From an uncultured Clostridium sp. (lineage in GTDB: Bacteria > Bacillota > Clostridia > TANB77 > CAG-465), in the NCBI GenBank assembly GCA_947361355.1, contig CANAIR010000003.1, forward strand, positions 1,467 to 65,466: a stretch of DNA of 64,000 nucleotides, read 5' to 3'. The translations under genes and the position numbers were made by a program. Shown piece after piece: positions 8,056 through 19,599 of the stretch; the stretch's first letter is position 1, and every line of letters begins with the position of its first letter. The notes under the pieces are model-generated. The model did no database searches, had not been told where the DNA came from, and saw nothing but the letters and a program-made list of their open reading frames with translations.

Positions 8056-8802
8056 ATGAAAGTTCCAACACCACATAATGGTGCTAATCTTGGTGATATA
8101 GCAAGAACTGTTCTTATGCCAGGTGATCCACTTAGAGCTAAGTATATTGCACAAAAATATTTAACTGACGTAGTATGCTATAATGAAGTAAGAAATATGC
8201 TAGGTTTTACTGGAAAATATAAAGGAGTAAAAATCTCTGTTCAGGGAAGTGGAATGGGTGTTCCCTCGATGGGAGTTTATTCAAAAGAATTATTTGAAGG
8301 CTATAATGTAGAAAATATAATAAGAATAGGAAGTGCAGGAAGTCTTGCTAATGAAGTTGCAAGTAATTATTCAAATAATACAAAGTTAAATGATATTTTA
8401 GTAGCAGATAATGTATTTTCAGATTCTAATTATATAAAAGCAAATAAGTATAATGATATAAAGCCAGTTGCTTCAAGTAGTTTGTTATTAAAATTAAATA
8501 AAGTATTAGAAAAAACTAATATTAACGTAAAAATTGGAAATATTTATACATCAGATACATTTTATATGGAAAAAGAGTTATTAAAAGAGATTTCAAAAAA
8601 AGATATACTTGGAGTAGAAATGGAAACATTAGCTTTATATACAAATGCTCGTGTTAGTAATAAAAATGCAATTGCAATGTTTACGGTTACAGACAATATT
8701 ATAATGGGGCAGTCTGTATCATCAGAAGAACGATTAAAAGGTCTTGATAAAATGATAGAGCTAGCACTAGAATTAGCTTATGATTGTGAAAAAGATAGAT
8801 AG
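8056..8802 (+). CDS. deoD: purine nucleoside phosphorylase, DeoD type
   Basis: TPHNGANLGDIARTVLMPGDPLRAKYIA...VQGSGMGVPSMGVYSKEL...GVEMETLALY. There is an extra ~35-aa insertion in the middle. Confidence 0.85.
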   Translation: MKVPTPHNGANLGDIARTVLMPGDPLRAKYIAQKYLTDVVCYNEVRNMLGFTGKYKGVKISVQGSGMGVPSMGVYSKELFEGYNVENIIRIGSAGSLANEVASNYSNNTKLNDILVADNVFSDSNYIKANKYNDIKPVASSSLLLKLNKVLEKTNINVKIGNIYTSDTFYMEKELLKEISKKDILGVEMETLALYTNARVSNKNAIAMFTVTDNIIMGQSVSSEERLKGLDKMIELALELAYDCEKDR

Positions 8803-8810
8803 GAGATAAA

Positions 8811-9614
8811 ATGCAAAATATAATACTTAACAATAAACCTAAATATAAATTTGTTATACAAAACTTTGAGGGGCCACTAGATTTATTATTATACCTAATT
8901 TCAAAAAATAAAATGAATATATTTGATATTTCACTAAGTGAACTTACAGATGAATACGTTTCATATTTAGATGAAATGACAGAACAAAATTTAGAAGTAA
9001 CATCTGAATTCATAGTTATGGCTGCGACGCTTCTTGATATAAAGGCAAGAAAATTGCTACCAGTGATTGAACCAAAAGATGAAGATGAAGAGGTTGTTAG
9101 TGAAGAAGATATTATATCTAGAATTATAGAATATAAAAAATATAAGGAAATATCAAATTATATTAATGATATCTACCAAAATAACTTTGGAAGTTTTTCT
9201 AAACCTTTTGAAAAGATAAAATATAAAAGTAATACTAAATATAATGGGGATAAGTTTGATAAAAATGAAATATTTGAAATATATATAAAGATACTTAGAA
9301 ACAATGCTAATAAAATAAATAAAAAAGCAGAAGAAATACAAAAGATTGCTGTGTATGAAAAGGTAACTGTTCAAGACAAGGTAAAACAAATTGTAAATTA
9401 TTTAAATCAAAATGAAAGAATGGTATTTAATAATATATTTGATCCAAGTAAATGTGATAATATCGAAGTTGTTACAGCTTTTTTAGGTGCTTTAGAGCTT
9501 AGCAAGTTAAAACAAGTAGACATTTCTCAAAATTACCTGTTTTCCGATATTAATATTGCTAAAAAAGAAAATGCAGATTTTAAAATAAGTTTTAGCGATT
9601 TTACTGAAAATTAG
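8811..9614 (+). CDS. scpA: segregation and condensation protein A
   Basis: FEGPLDLLLYLISKNKMNIFDISLSELTDEYVSYL is the ScpA N-terminal signature. Confidence 0.85.
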   Translation: MQNIILNNKPKYKFVIQNFEGPLDLLLYLISKNKMNIFDISLSELTDEYVSYLDEMTEQNLEVTSEFIVMAATLLDIKARKLLPVIEPKDEDEEVVSEEDIISRIIEYKKYKEISNYINDIYQNNFGSFSKPFEKIKYKSNTKYNGDKFDKNEIFEIYIKILRNNANKINKKAEEIQKIAVYEKVTVQDKVKQIVNYLNQNERMVFNNIFDPSKCDNIEVVTAFLGALELSKLKQVDISQNYLFSDINIAKKENADFKISFSDFTEN

Positions 9615-10051
9615 TTTTATTTCAAGCAAAAAAATATATGTAAACAAAAGGTGAGACATGTATGGTAAAACTACACAGGTGCTTAAAAAAGAATTAAAAG
9701 TATTTATACAAATTTTGTAAAATATGTTTTATGAATGTTATCACTTATCATGACTATAAATTTTTGTACATTGGTGTATCAAATTTTTGCTGCTGAAGCG
9801 TTTAAAAGTGTTACTACAGTATCTCCTGCAAAAATAGTTATAAATTATAATACTGCAAGTGAGTCTAAAGTAGGTATCTTTATAAATAACAAAGGTGAAT
9901 CTAACTTAGCAAAAGGCGTTAAACTGGATTAAAAGAATTTAAAAAATATTTTAGTATTATGTAAAAATTTGATTGAAATAAAAAAATATATATGATATAT
10001 TCTATTAGAAAAAATAGTATAATTTCAAATTTAATAAGGAGGAATATTTAT

Positions 10052-10636
10052 ATGGCTAAGCTATATTTTCGGTATGGTGCAATGGGTTGTGGAAAGACAA
10101 TTGATTTACTTAAAGTAGCATATAATTATGAGGAAAGAAATAAAAAGATTTTAGTATTATCTCCAGCTAAGGATGATAGATATGGCGTTGGCAAAGTTAC
10201 TACTAGAATTGGAATTGAGCGTGAAAGTATAGTTGTACCAGAAGATATGAATATATATCAATATGTTTGTAATTTAGATGAAAAAATTGATACTATACTT
10301 GTTGACGAGGCTCAATTTCTTACAAAAACTCAAGTTTATCAATTATCAGATATTGTGGATTATCTTGATATCCCAGTTATGTGTTATGGTTTAAGAGCAG
10401 ATTTTAAGACTAACTTTTTCCAAGGTTCTGGTCCTTTGATGGCAATAGCAGATAGTATTGAAGAGATAAAAACTGTTTGTGAATGTGGAAAAAAGGCTAC
10501 TATTAATATGAGATTTATTAATGGTAGAGCTATGTCAGATGGAGAACAAGTTGTAATTGGAGGAAATGAGTCATATAAATCTGTATGCAGAAAATACTAT
10601 AAAAAGTATATACAAGAGTCTAAAGAAGTAAAATAA
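10052..10636 (+). CDS. tdk: thymidine kinase
   Basis: MAKLYFRYGAMGCGKT P-loop, VDEAQFL, and the C-terminal zinc ribbon CECGKKAT...VCRKYY. Start moved to the ATG after the AGGAGG SD. Confidence 0.9.
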   Translation: MAKLYFRYGAMGCGKTIDLLKVAYNYEERNKKILVLSPAKDDRYGVGKVTTRIGIERESIVVPEDMNIYQYVCNLDEKIDTILVDEAQFLTKTQVYQLSDIVDYLDIPVMCYGLRADFKTNFFQGSGPLMAIADSIEEIKTVCECGKKATINMRFINGRAMSDGEQVVIGGNESYKSVCRKYYKKYIQESKEVK

Positions 10637-10749
10637 AAATAGTATTTATAAAAAACTTATCAGTTATATTATAATTGATAAGTTTTTTTGTTACATTTTA
10701 ATATATTTTACTTTAATTGTGAAAATTTTGTGTATTTGGAATAATAATG

Positions 10750-10778
10750 TTGAAGTTCAAATATAATTGTGATATAAT
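10750..10778 (+). promoter_or_regulatory. groESL promoter
   Basis: TTGAAG, 17-nt spacer, TATAAT with an upstream TG. Confidence 0.6.
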
Positions 10779-10781
10779 GAA

Positions 10782-10808
10782 TTAGCACTTAAAAAGAAAG
10801 AGTGCTAA
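10782..10808 (+). promoter_or_regulatory. CIRCE operator (HrcA binding site)
   Basis: TTAGCACTT-N9-GAGTGCTAA matches the TTAGCACTC-N9-GAGTGCTAA consensus with one mismatch. It sits between the -10 and groES. Confidence 0.9.
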
Positions 10809-10829
10809 AATGAAATGGAGGTGTTTTTT

Positions 10830-12760
<1,931 letters not shown>

Positions 12761-12776
12761 AAATTGAAATTAAAAA

Positions 12777-12820
12777 ATAACAAGGTAGAACTAATTTAGT
12801 TAAAACCTTGTTATTTTTTT
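12777..12820. terminator. bidirectional terminator after groEL
   Basis: AATAACAAGGT / ACCTTGTTATT stem followed by T7. Confidence 0.75.
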
Positions 12821-13307
12821 ACATTATAAATAATATAACTTTTAAAATAGAAAATGCAAGAGCTAAGAAAAAACCAATAATTGACATTGTAATGGCTATT
12901 TTTGATTTAGATGTTCTTGAATAGAGCGGAGATCTTGTATATTTAAAACTTATAGCACTAAGTATTATTCCAATTATTGAAATAATAAAACCAAACATCG
13001 GTATTATCCATAGAATTAAACTTGATATACCAAATATAGTTGCCAAAATAGACCAAATGTTGTTAACAGTTTGAACTACTTCATATTGAACACATTCTAC
13101 TTCATTTCCATCTTCATCTACATAAGTATATTCAGTTTTTTTAGTATTAGAATTTACGTATTTTACTGAATTTTGATAATCTTCATTATTATATTGAGTT
13201 TCATCGTATTCCTCAGAATTATTATTTTCATCTTCGTTATATTCATTTAAGTTATCTTCATTAACTTGTTCACTAGTAGTAATTTCTTCTTTTTTATCTT
13301 CTCCCAT
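12819..13307 (-). CDS. membrane protein with acidic N-terminal region
   Basis: The acidic N-terminus is rich in E, D and N. It is followed by hydrophobic segments (WSILATIFGISSLILWIIPMFGFIISIIGIILSAI, and a final IAITMSIIGFFLALAFSIL). Confidence 0.55.
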   Translation of the reverse strand: MGEDKKEEITTSEQVNEDNLNEYNEDENNNSEEYDETQYNNEDYQNSVKYVNSNTKKTEYTYVDEDGNEVECVQYEVVQTVNNIWSILATIFGISSLILWIIPMFGFIISIIGIILSAISFKYTRSPLYSRTSKSKIAITMSIIGFFLALAFSILKVILFIM

Positions 13308-13585
13308 CTAACAACCTCCATTTATTATACAAAAATTTTATACTAAATTATGTAGTTTGTCAATACATATTTTAGTTTTAAGTTTCTGCAAATGTTATGT
13401 TGTAATAGACTTGAAATAAAAAAATATATAAAGTGGTTAACTGATAAATTGAAATAACAACAGAGCAAAAAGGAGTTGAATCACTATGTATATTATATCA
13501 GAAAATTTAAAAGATAATAAATAACATAAATTGTATTGAAAAATTACATAAAATAATATATAATAAAAATGAAAAGGTGGATTAA

Positions 13586-13987
13586 ATGGAAGAATTTAGA
13601 CAAAATATAGATTTACAAACTGTATCTATGCAGACTTTAGCTTTTATAGGAGATGCAGTATATAATGTGTATATAAGATGTTATTTAGCTTCAAAAAGCA
13701 ACCAAAAAACTAATAAATTGCATAATGACTCAATAAAATTTGTAAGTGCAAGGGCTCAATCAAAAACTGTTGATATGTTAATAGATAGTTTAAAGGAAGA
13801 TGAAATAGCAGTATATAAAAGGGGAAGAAATACAAATATAAGTAGTGTTTCAAAAAATGCTGATATAGTAGAATATAAAAAAGCAACAGGTTTTGAAGCT
13901 TTAATAGGATATTTATATATAAAGAATGAAAATGAACGTTTAGAAGAAATTATAGATTTGTGTATAAAATATATAAGTGAAACTTAA
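13586..13987 (+). CDS. mrnC: mini-ribonuclease III
   Basis: LAFIGDAVYNVYIR...RGRN...ATGFEALIGYLY are the Mini-III signatures. Confidence 0.85.
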   Translation: MEEFRQNIDLQTVSMQTLAFIGDAVYNVYIRCYLASKSNQKTNKLHNDSIKFVSARAQSKTVDMLIDSLKEDEIAVYKRGRNTNISSVSKNADIVEYKKATGFEALIGYLYIKNENERLEEIIDLCIKYISET

Positions 13988-14006
13988 AAATGGCAGGAGG
14001 AATAAA

Positions 14007-14648
14007 ATGGAAGAAAATAATAACGAAGAGAAGGTTATAGCACCTAATTTAAAAGAAATTTTAGATAAAGTTTCTAAAATAAAAGAACTCTCTCCAAGTG
14101 AAATAGCAAAATTAAAAGAAAAAGTTAAAGAGAGTACTGATTTTAAACACTTGATTGAAAGTGTAGAAATACCAAAAGATAACTATGTTATATTTACTGA
14201 TGGTGAAGAACAACTAGTATATGAAAATGGGGAGTTTTTCCTAGTTTCAACTGTTGATAGTACTAAAACAAAAAAGAAAAAAAAGAGATTAGAAGCAAAG
14301 GATATGTATATTGAATATTTTATAAGGTATACTTTGAATAAAATCCAAGGTAAAGAATATATTAATATTGAAAGAACTGAGCCTGTTCAAGAAAAACAAG
14401 AGGAAATTAAATCAAAAGAAGATCCTTCTAGTGAATTAAAAATTGAAAAAAGTAAAATTAAAGAAGTAAAAATTGACAAAAAAACAAAAGATATAAATAA
14501 GGAACAAAAATCACCAGAAGATAAAAGAATGGAAGAAATAGATAAAGCATTAAAGAGCATGGTAAATCCTGTTAATGAAGAATATGAAAGAACAAAAATA
14601 ATAGATAAAATTAAGACTGGAAAAGAAAAGTCAGATAAAATAAGGTAA
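14007..14648 (+). CDS. hypothetical K/E-rich protein
   Basis: ORF with an AGGAGG SD before the ATG at 14007. Low-complexity, charged sequence. Confidence 0.5.
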   Translation: MEENNNEEKVIAPNLKEILDKVSKIKELSPSEIAKLKEKVKESTDFKHLIESVEIPKDNYVIFTDGEEQLVYENGEFFLVSTVDSTKTKKKKKRLEAKDMYIEYFIRYTLNKIQGKEYINIERTEPVQEKQEEIKSKEDPSSELKIEKSKIKEVKIDKKTKDINKEQKSPEDKRMEEIDKALKSMVNPVNEEYERTKIIDKIKTGKEKSDKIR

Positions 14649-14709
14649 AATTTATATATTTTTTAAATAAAATAAGTTTAAATTTAAAATTACATTTAGA
14701 GGGGAGTAT

Positions 14710-14868
14710 ATGAAAAAAAATAAAAATGAAATTGTGTATTGGATTTTTTTTATATTAATTCTTATGACAATAAGTATTTGTATAATTTTATATTTTAGAT
14801 TACCAAAATCACTAAATTATGAATTAGATAATACGCAAGTTGTTAAAGAAAATATTATAATAAAGTAA
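14710..14868 (+). CDS. hypothetical small membrane protein (52 aa)
   Basis: GGGGAG SD. MKKNKNEIVYWIFFILILMTISICIILYF... has a single TM segment. Below the ORF-track cutoff. Confidence 0.4.
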   Translation: MKKNKNEIVYWIFFILILMTISICIILYFRLPKSLNYELDNTQVVKENIIIK

Positions 14869-14924
14869 ATAAAAAAGTAATTATAAGATAAAATTTAATC
14901 TCATAATTACTTTTTATTATTTTA

Positions 14925-15170
14925 CTATTGTCCTATAGCATTTTTTACTTGTTCTATATCTGCTTGACCAGCGGGAGCCGCTGGAACATAGTAACCTTTT
15001 TCTTTATCTATTAAATAAACATGCCATTGAATATTTTCTAAAACATTTCTGTTTTGTATTAGTATATCTCTAAAATTTTTATCATTTGATTGCTCTATAG
15101 CAAATTCACATTGTTTAATTAAAGCATTTACGCTAGATAAAATATCACTCATTGCAACTTTTTCAGTCAT
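14925..15170 (-). CDS. spore coat protein, Coat-F-like
   Basis: MTEKVAMSDILSSVNALIKQCEFAIEQSNDKNFRDILIQNRN..GYYVPAAP resembles the Coat_F domain. AGGAGGTG SD before the ATG at 15170. Confidence 0.5.
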   Translation of the reverse strand: MTEKVAMSDILSSVNALIKQCEFAIEQSNDKNFRDILIQNRNVLENIQWHVYLIDKEKGYYVPAAPAGQADIEQVKNAIGQ

Positions 15171-15180
15171 AACGCACCTC

Positions 15181-15363
15181 CTATAATAATCCAGATATTT
15201 CTGATTTAAGTGATGTACATTTTGTACATATTTCATCAAGAATATCTGTAACATTTGTATCTTGTGTTAATGTTTTATAGTAAGTTATTTTATCACAAAG
15301 ATTTGTGCAGGCACCACATATGTGTCTTATATTTTGGATTTCAATTTGATTTAAACTATTCAT
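15181..15363 (-). CDS. hypothetical small Cys-rich protein (60 aa), co-oriented with the coat-F-like gene
   Basis: GGAGG SD. MNSLNQIEIQNIRHICGACTNLCDKITYYKT... Confidence 0.45.
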   Translation of the reverse strand: MNSLNQIEIQNIRHICGACTNLCDKITYYKTLTQDTNVTDILDEICTKCTSLKSEISGLL

Positions 15364-15434
15364 AATATACCTCCTAATAAATCCTAAGTATATTATGTGC
15401 AAATTTATATTTTATATACTTATTTTTATAATAA

Positions 15435-15800
15435 TTATTTTATAGTTGGTTTAGCAACTAAAGAAGCAATAAATCCAAAAGTTACTGCTGCTGCAATTCC
15501 TGCTGCTGTTGCCTTTACTCCACCTAAAAATATTCCTAAAAAGCCAATTGAATCTACTTCTTGAATAACACCATTTCCTAAACAATAACCAAAACCTGAA
15601 ATTGGAACGGTAGCTCCAGCACCACCAAAGTCAACAAGAGGTCCATATACACCAATTGCAGTTAGAATCGTACCCAAAGTAACAAAAAGTACAAGTATTC
15701 TTGCTGGTGTTATTTTAGTTTTATCTATTAATATTTGACCTATACTACATATTACTCCACCTGTAATAAAAACTTTTAAATATTCTAAAAATATATCCAT
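15435..15800 (-). CDS. spoVAE: stage V sporulation protein AE
   Basis: MDIFLEYLKVFITGGVICSIGQILID...PISGFGY. Follows spoVAD. Confidence 0.85.
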   Translation of the reverse strand: MDIFLEYLKVFITGGVICSIGQILIDKTKITPARILVLFVTLGTILTAIGVYGPLVDFGGAGATVPISGFGYCLGNGVIQEVDSIGFLGIFLGGVKATAAGIAAAVTFGFIASLVAKPTIK

Positions 15801-15801
15801 A

Positions 15802-16818
15802 TTACACCTCATTTTCGATTGCAACGGCATGTGCTATCGATGGTATACTTTCGCCTTGTTGACAGGCAAGAGGACTCATTAATGCACCAGTTGCAACTAT
15901 TAGTACCTTATTTAATTTTTTTGTTTTTAATTGTTCAAAGAAAAATCCACTAAATACACTTGCCATACATCCGCAGCCGCTTCCACCACATTTTACATCT
16001 TGCGTATTTAGGTCGTATATTATTGCACCACAATCTTTATGAATATTTGAAATGTCTACGCCTTCATTATTAAATAGATCGACTAGAATTTGTGAACCAA
16101 GAGTTCCTAAATCTCCTGTAATTATTGCATCATAGTAATCAGCTTTTCTTTGGGTATCATTTAAATGTGTAGAAATTGTATTGTATGCTGCTGGTGCCAT
16201 AGCGGCTCCCATATTAGCCATATCAGTTATACCAAAATCAATTATTTTTCCTGGTGTTGCATGAGTTATGAATGGACTTTGTATTGAAATTTCTTTTGGT
16301 ACTACAATAGCACTTCCACTACCTGTAACAGTACATTGTGCCGTTGAACTCATTTGGTTACCATGTTCAAGTGGCATTCTAAATTGTCTTTCAGCACTAC
16401 AAAAATGCGAAGATGTAGCTGCAATCGCTTTTTTTGCATATCCTGCATTTACAAATAGGCTAGCAAGTGTTAAAGACTCACAAAATGTTGAACAAGCTCC
16501 ATAAAGACCAAAAAATGGAATTTCTAAATCTCTAATACAGTATCCTGAAGATATACATTGGTTAAGTAAATCTCCAGCAAAAATATAATCAATACTTTGA
16601 TTATCAGTTGGAACCTTTGTTAATAAATTTTCTATACAAGTTTTCATTAATTTACTTTCTGCTTTTTCGAAACTTTTTTCGCCAAAAAAAATGTCGTCTG
16701 TATGTGTATCAAAATACATTGCAAGAGGACCTTGCATTTCTTTAGGTCCTACTATGCTAGATGTATGTAAAAGCTTTGGAGTATTTTCTAGTTTTATAGT
16801 TTGATTTCCTATTTTCAT
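15802..16818 (-). CDS. spoVAD: stage V sporulation protein AD
   Basis: Thiolase-like SpoVAD sequence (GPKEMQGPL...GDLLNQ...LYGACST...GSGCGC). Confidence 0.9.
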   Translation of the reverse strand: MKIGNQTIKLENTPKLLHTSSIVGPKEMQGPLAMYFDTHTDDIFFGEKSFEKAESKLMKTCIENLLTKVPTDNQSIDYIFAGDLLNQCISSGYCIRDLEIPFFGLYGACSTFCESLTLASLFVNAGYAKKAIAATSSHFCSAERQFRMPLEHGNQMSSTAQCTVTGSGSAIVVPKEISIQSPFITHATPGKIIDFGITDMANMGAAMAPAAYNTISTHLNDTQRKADYYDAIITGDLGTLGSQILVDLFNNEGVDISNIHKDCGAIIYDLNTQDVKCGGSGCGCMASVFSGFFFEQLKTKKLNKVLIVATGALMSPLACQQGESIPSIAHAVAIENEV

Positions 16819-16832
16819 ATTTATACCTCCCA

Positions 16833-17291
16833 TTATATAAATAATTTAATTAGCCAATATATAAAGCCAACTATTACAGAAGTGGTAATACCATAAACTA
16901 ATACTGGTCCAGCAACTTTAAACATATTTGCACCTAAACCTAAAATATATCCTTCCGTTTTAAATTCTATTGCTGGCGCAACAATTGAATTTGAAAATCC
17001 GGTAATTGGTACAACAGAACCAGCACCAGCAAATTTTCCTAGTTTTGAATATAAATTAAGTGCTGTCAAAAATGCTCCAAGAAATATTAAGCAAATTGAA
17101 CAAATATTTCTTGCATCTTTTTGTTCTACACCATAATACATGGAAATATTAATTATAATTTGTCCTATAATACAAATTAAACCACCAATTATAAAAGCTA
17201 ATATTATATTTTTTACAATCGGACTTTTTTTAGCTTTTGAATCTACAAAATCAGAATATTCTTGATTTGTCATATTAATATTAGAGTTCAT
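16833..17291 (-). CDS. spoVAC: stage V sporulation protein AC
   Basis: Y..FVDSKAKKSP...GGLICIIGQ...GAGSVVPITGF. Confidence 0.88.
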   Translation of the reverse strand: MNSNINMTNQEYSDFVDSKAKKSPIVKNIILAFIIGGLICIIGQIIINISMYYGVEQKDARNICSICLIFLGAFLTALNLYSKLGKFAGAGSVVPITGFSNSIVAPAIEFKTEGYILGLGANMFKVAGPVLVYGITTSVIVGFIYWLIKLFI

Positions 17292-17651
17292 TTTTTCATC
17301 ACCTAATAATATTATTTGCAAAAAAAATTAAAATATAAGAAAATTTTTATTTTAATAGATTATTATTTATATAGATTTAATATTATTTAGAATATTAGTT
17401 TATATAAGCGTAATTTAAAAATACAAAATTGTAGTAACATAAAACTGAGATTTAAATAAAAAAATTTCATTAAAAATATATTAGATGGGGCATAATATTT
17501 GTAAAATTTTCTTAATTTTAAACCTTAATTTTTGCGATTATGTAGTATAAAAAATAGAAAAAAAAGTCGAAAACTTTTTTTTGATTTCTATTGAAAACTA
17601 GTAAAAAGTTTGATATAATAATTAAAGTTAAAGTAGTGGAGGTAGTAATAG

Positions 17652-18071
17652 ATGGAGAACGAGAAGAAGTTTGGCAATGAAATGTTTGGCTATGATAAAA
17701 GAGAGGTTGAAGATTATATTAAGTCATTAAAAGCTGAATATGAAAGTAGAATTCAAGCTGAAAGATCTGATGCAAATAGAGTAGCAAATGAATTAACAAT
17801 ACTTAAAAAAAAGTTAGAAAGATATGAAGTAGATTACGTTCAAAAACAAGAAAAAGTGGCTAATGCCTTAATAACAGCTGAAGATCAAGCAAAAAAAATC
17901 GTTGAAACCTCAAGAAGCGAAGCATTGCAAGAAAAAGAGCGAATCGAACATCTAATAGAGATGGAAAAAGAAAAACTTTTAGACATAAAAAAAGATGTGA
18001 TTGATTTAAAAGAAAAGACTATAAAAATGTTAGATAAATATAGTCAAGAGATGAATAATTTATTAGAGTAA
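17652..18071 (+). CDS. DivIVA-domain protein
   Basis: FGYDKREVEDYIKSLKAEYE is a DivIVA N-terminal motif, followed by a coiled coil. Confidence 0.7.
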   Translation: MENEKKFGNEMFGYDKREVEDYIKSLKAEYESRIQAERSDANRVANELTILKKKLERYEVDYVQKQEKVANALITAEDQAKKIVETSRSEALQEKERIEHLIEMEKEKLLDIKKDVIDLKEKTIKMLDKYSQEMNNLLE

Positions 18072-18165
18072 AATTAAATTATTGAAATTATGAAATTTAT
18101 AAAGTTTATAAAATAGTAATATATCAAAGGTAACTATAATAAAATAAAACAAAGGAGAATGTTTT

Positions 18166-19545
18166 ATGAAAATTATGGTTGCCTTTTTAGGTAAAAAAAA
18201 TAAAAAACAAAAGATAAATTTTGAAAAAAGAAATTTAAAACGTTTAGAAAAATATAATGTTAATAATAGTTATAATAAAATAGATAGAACTAAATTAAGT
18301 AGTAAAAAAATTATAGATATATTTAAAAATAGTAATAATATTTCTCGAAAAGGAAAAAATAAGTTATTAAATAATACATATAATAAAGATAATATACTAA
18401 GTACAGAAAAATTTATGAGTGAAGAATTATTAAATGCTAATAAAATTAATACAGATACTAAAAATTTTAAAATTAGTAAAACGGTTTATTGTATACTTGC
18501 TAGTCTTCCTGTAATAGCTTTTTTGTTAATTTTTAGTAATAAAATTAGTAGTACTCTTATGTATTTTGCAACAAACCTTAGACAAGCAGAAAACAATAAA
18601 ATTCAAATAGCTGATTTAATTGCTACATATGGTTTGTATAATTCTAATAATTATATTATAAAAAATAAAGAAATAGTTCAAAATATAGAAAAGGCAGAAG
18701 AAGTAGTTGTAGAAAGCGACGAGCAAATACTAGATAAGGAAGTACAAATAGATGATATTCAAACTTTTCTTGGAAGCGAAAAAGTAAATGTTCAAGTAAC
18801 AGAAAATTCAAAAAATATTCAAAGAGTAACAGTAGGCACAACTAAAATCTTGAACTATTCAAGTAAACGAGATATAGACTTTGAAGGGTTACTTAATACA
18901 AATATAACGTTGACAAAAAAAAGTGATAAAATTTTATTATATAATACTCATACATCTGAGTCATATGTAAATAGTGAGAATTATAAGTTTGATTATACAG
19001 GAACGATGAGGACAACAGATGCAAATTATAATATGTTATGTATTGCAAAAAGATTTAATGAAAATTTACAATCAAAAGGTTTTGAATCTTTTCAAAATAC
19101 TACTCCACATGACTATGGAACATATACAAGTGCATATGCCAAGTCTAGAATAACCGTAACAGAAGCTTTAGCCAAAATGCAAGGTGCTGGAATTATAATA
19201 GATGTACATCGTGATGCTACATCAGATTTAAATTTTAGACCTTTTGTGAATATAAAGGGAGTAGATGTAGCACAACTTATGTTTGTAGTTGGGGTTGGAA
19301 GTGATAGTGTAAAAAATGACAATTGGCAAGATAATTTAAAACTTGCTTTAAAATTACAGCAAATAGCAGATAAGCTATATCCAGGATTATTTAGACCAAT
19401 GATTATTAGAAATTCTGTATATAATCAGGATTTAAATAAATATTCTTTGCTAATAGAATTTGGTGCTACTGGGAATACTATTGATGAAGTAAAGCTATCT
19501 ACTAGATGTATTACAAATTTATTAAATATCTTATACAAAGATTGA
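18166..19545 (+). CDS. spoIIP: stage II sporulation protein P
   Basis: LLYNTHTSESY...IIDVHRDA...MFVVG...YNQDL are SpoIIP amidase-family motifs. The N-terminus is lysine-rich with a TM segment. Confidence 0.85.
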   Translation: MKIMVAFLGKKNKKQKINFEKRNLKRLEKYNVNNSYNKIDRTKLSSKKIIDIFKNSNNISRKGKNKLLNNTYNKDNILSTEKFMSEELLNANKINTDTKNFKISKTVYCILASLPVIAFLLIFSNKISSTLMYFATNLRQAENNKIQIADLIATYGLYNSNNYIIKNKEIVQNIEKAEEVVVESDEQILDKEVQIDDIQTFLGSEKVNVQVTENSKNIQRVTVGTTKILNYSSKRDIDFEGLLNTNITLTKKSDKILLYNTHTSESYVNSENYKFDYTGTMRTTDANYNMLCIAKRFNENLQSKGFESFQNTTPHDYGTYTSAYAKSRITVTEALAKMQGAGIIIDVHRDATSDLNFRPFVNIKGVDVAQLMFVVGVGSDSVKNDNWQDNLKLALKLQQIADKLYPGLFRPMIIRNSVYNQDLNKYSLLIEFGATGNTIDEVKLSTRCITNLLNILYKD

Positions 19546-19599
19546 CTATATTAAATTCTATATGATATAATAAATTTTCAGATGAAAGGAAGAGAAAAA

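Noticed and set aside
9735-9932. 65-aa ORF downstream of scpA as a candidate scpB
   Set aside because: It has no resemblance to ScpB winged-helix sequence, no SD, and is too short. Treated as non-coding.
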